DNA from: Zygnema circumcarinatum SAG 698-1b
Taxonomy: Eukaryota > Plantae > Zygnematophyceae
Reading direction: 5' to 3'
Length of the DNA stretch: 64,000 nt
Assembly: GCA_037447605.1 (NCBI GenBank)
Contig: CM074809.1
Location: 2,098,689 to 2,162,688 of the forward strand
Shown here: one piece after another, positions 62,201 through 64,000 of the stretch
How positions within the stretch are numbered: position 1 is the stretch's first letter
How the letters are laid out: each line of letters opens with the position of its first letter
Program-made: the position numbers and the translations under genes
The notes under the pieces: model-generated
Seen by the model: only the letters and a program-made list of their open reading frames with translations
Database searches by the model: none
Told to the model about the DNA's origin: nothing

Positions 62201-64000
62201 GACGGTTGCCTGCCATTGGATACAGTGGGCGGTTGCCAGGGATTGCAAACAACCAGTGGTTGCCAGCCATTGGATTCAATGGTCGGTTGCCAGCCATTGC
62301 ATACAACGGTTGATTGCCAGACATTGAATTCAATGGTTGGTTGCCAGCCATTGCAAACAACCGGTGGCTGCCATCCATTGGATTCAGTGGTCGGTTGCCA
62401 GCCATTGCATACAACTGTTGGTAGCCCGCCTGGATTCAGTGGTCGGTTTCCAGCCATTGGATACAACAGTTGATTCCCAGCCATTGGATTCAATGGTTGG
62501 CTGCCAGCCATTGCAGACAACCGACGGTTGCCTGCCATTGGATACAGTGGGCGGTTGCCAGGGATTGCAAACAACCAGTGGTTGCCAGCCATTGGATTCA
62601 ATGGTCGGTTGCCAGCTATTGGAAACAACCGACGGTTGCCTGCCATTGGATACAGTGGGCGGTTGCCAGCGATTGCAAACAACCGGTGGCTGCCAGCCAT
62701 TGGATTGAGTGGTCTGTTGCCCGCCCCAACCTGACCGCGCTCGCCAGGTACAGGCCCGCCACGACCTTCTGCGCACACCCGTACGAGATTTGGTACACAG
62801 CTGCACGGGGCACTCCGGCCAAGCGCTGCAGATTAGGGTTGGCATCGGTCAGTCTGCTCGTCGCCATACAAGGGCCCGCCTGGATTCGGTGGTCGGTTGC
62901 CAGCCATTCCATACAACGGTTGATTGTCAGTCATTGGATTCAATGGTTGGATGCCAGCCATTGCAAACAACCGGTGGCTGCCAGCCATTGGATTCAGTGG
63001 TCGGTTGCCAGCCCCAACCTGACCGCGCTCGCCAGGTACAGGCCCGCCACGACCTTCCGCGCACACCCGTACGAGGTTTGGTACACAGCTGCACTGGGCA
63101 CTCGGGCCAAGCGCTGCAGGATTAGGGTTGGCATCGGTTCATCTGCTCGTCGCCATACAAGGGCAGAAATCTACAAACGAGTCCGTCAAGTTCATTTGTA
63201 GATGCATGATCATACAAGTGTATATGTATACAGATAGTAGTTCATGAAGTTGTGCTAAGATTACAGCCCTTATGCATACAACTGTTGGTTACCCGCCTGG
63301 ATCTAGTGGTCGGTTTCCAGCCATTGTATACAACGGTTGATTGCTAGCCATTGGATTCAATGGTTGGCTGCCAGCCATTGCAAACAACCGATGGTTGCCA
63401 GCCATTGAATTCAGTGGTCGGTTGCCAGCCATTGGATTCAGTGGTTGGTTGCCAGCCATTGCAAACAACCGGTGGTTGCCAGTCATTGGATACAGTGGGC
63501 GGTTGCCAGCCATTGCAAACAACCGGTGGTTGCCAGCCATTGGATTCAGTGGTCGGTTGCCATCCATTGCATACAACGGTTGATTGCCAGCCATTGGATA
63601 CAATGGTCGGTTGCCAGCCATTGCATACAACGGTTGATTGCCAGACATTGTATTCTATGGTTGGTTGCCAGTCATTGCAAACAACCGGTGGTTGCCAGCC
63701 ATTGGATTCAGTGGTCGGTTGCCATCCATTGGATACAATGGTCGGTTGCCAGCCATTGCATACAACGGTTGATTGCCTGACATTGAATACAATGGTTGGT
63801 TGCCAGCCATTGCAAACAACCGGTGGCTGCCATCCATTGGATTCAGTGGTCGGTTGCCAGCCATTGCATACAACTGTTGGTTGCCCGCCTGGATTCAGTG
63901 GTCGGTTGCCAGCCATTCCATACAACGGTTGATTGTCAGTCATTGGATTCAATGGTTGGATGCCAGCCATTGCAAACAACCGGTGGCTGCCAGCCATTGG
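59257..64000. repeat. 27-bp minisatellite array (GCCAGCCATTG + one of a few 16-bp variants) with interspersed unique cassettes; continues past the window end
   Basis: Recurring units GCCAGCCATTG followed by GATTCAATGGTTGGTT, GATTCAGTGGTCGGTT, CATACAACGGTTGATT or CAAACAACCGGTGGTT; roughly 140 units (estimate). Confidence 0.95.
60695..60954 (+). repeat. Exon-like cassette inside the minisatellite, copy 1 (also 62724-62873 truncated and 63011-63272)
   Basis: ccccaacctgaccgcgctcgccaggtacaggcccgccacgacc..tacaaacgagtccgtcaagttcatttgtag..gattacagccctta, near-identical in three places. Confidence 0.9.

Noticed and set aside
58866-63997. Dozens of long ORFs on both strands (MAGNQPL.., NGWQP.., VGCQPL.., SHWIQW..)
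   Set aside because: They are expected from a 27-bp stop-poor repeat; no single frame is clearly favoured. Kept only as a hypothesis in the findings.
59257-64000. CRISPR array (constant 11-14 bp plus variable segment)
   Set aside because: The variable parts are a handful of recurring related variants of 13-16 bp, the context is eukaryotic and no cas genes are present. It is a minisatellite.

Overview
Intron-rich eukaryotic DNA from a green plant, most likely a streptophyte alga or early-diverging land plant. This is inferred from RabA4-type Rab11, an MBD9-like chromatin factor, an AT74-type PGM-like protein, short introns and an intron-containing tRNA-Ser(GCT). Ten protein-coding genes can be built by hand: YqaJ-like nuclease (last exon only), PhoD phosphatase, MBD9-like, PGM-like, FAR-17a/AIG1-like, PYM, RabA4-like, a conserved small plant protein, an alpha/beta hydrolase and a short-spacing 2Fe-2S ferredoxin. 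There is one tRNA-Ser and three 10-N assembly gaps. The accessory DNA is the most interesting part. (i) Two 'Russian-doll' transposon nests (29.2-32.1 kb and 42.2-46.6 kb) can be resolved to base-pair level from TIRs and TSDs. They include a TA-targeting MITE family inserted into copies of itself and two different foldback elements that are both exactly 676 bp with 8-bp TSDs. (ii) An unclassified ~95-bp hairpin-bearing dispersed repeat has at least 8 copies. (iii) A >4.7-kb array of self-complementary 27-bp units carries an exon-like ~260-bp cassette three times. The MBD9-like gene lacks an MBD where land-plant MBD9 has one, and it has a frameshift inside a ~930-bp Pro-Gln hexamer repeat. All splice models and family assignments were made by eye and from memory of protein families; no database search was run.
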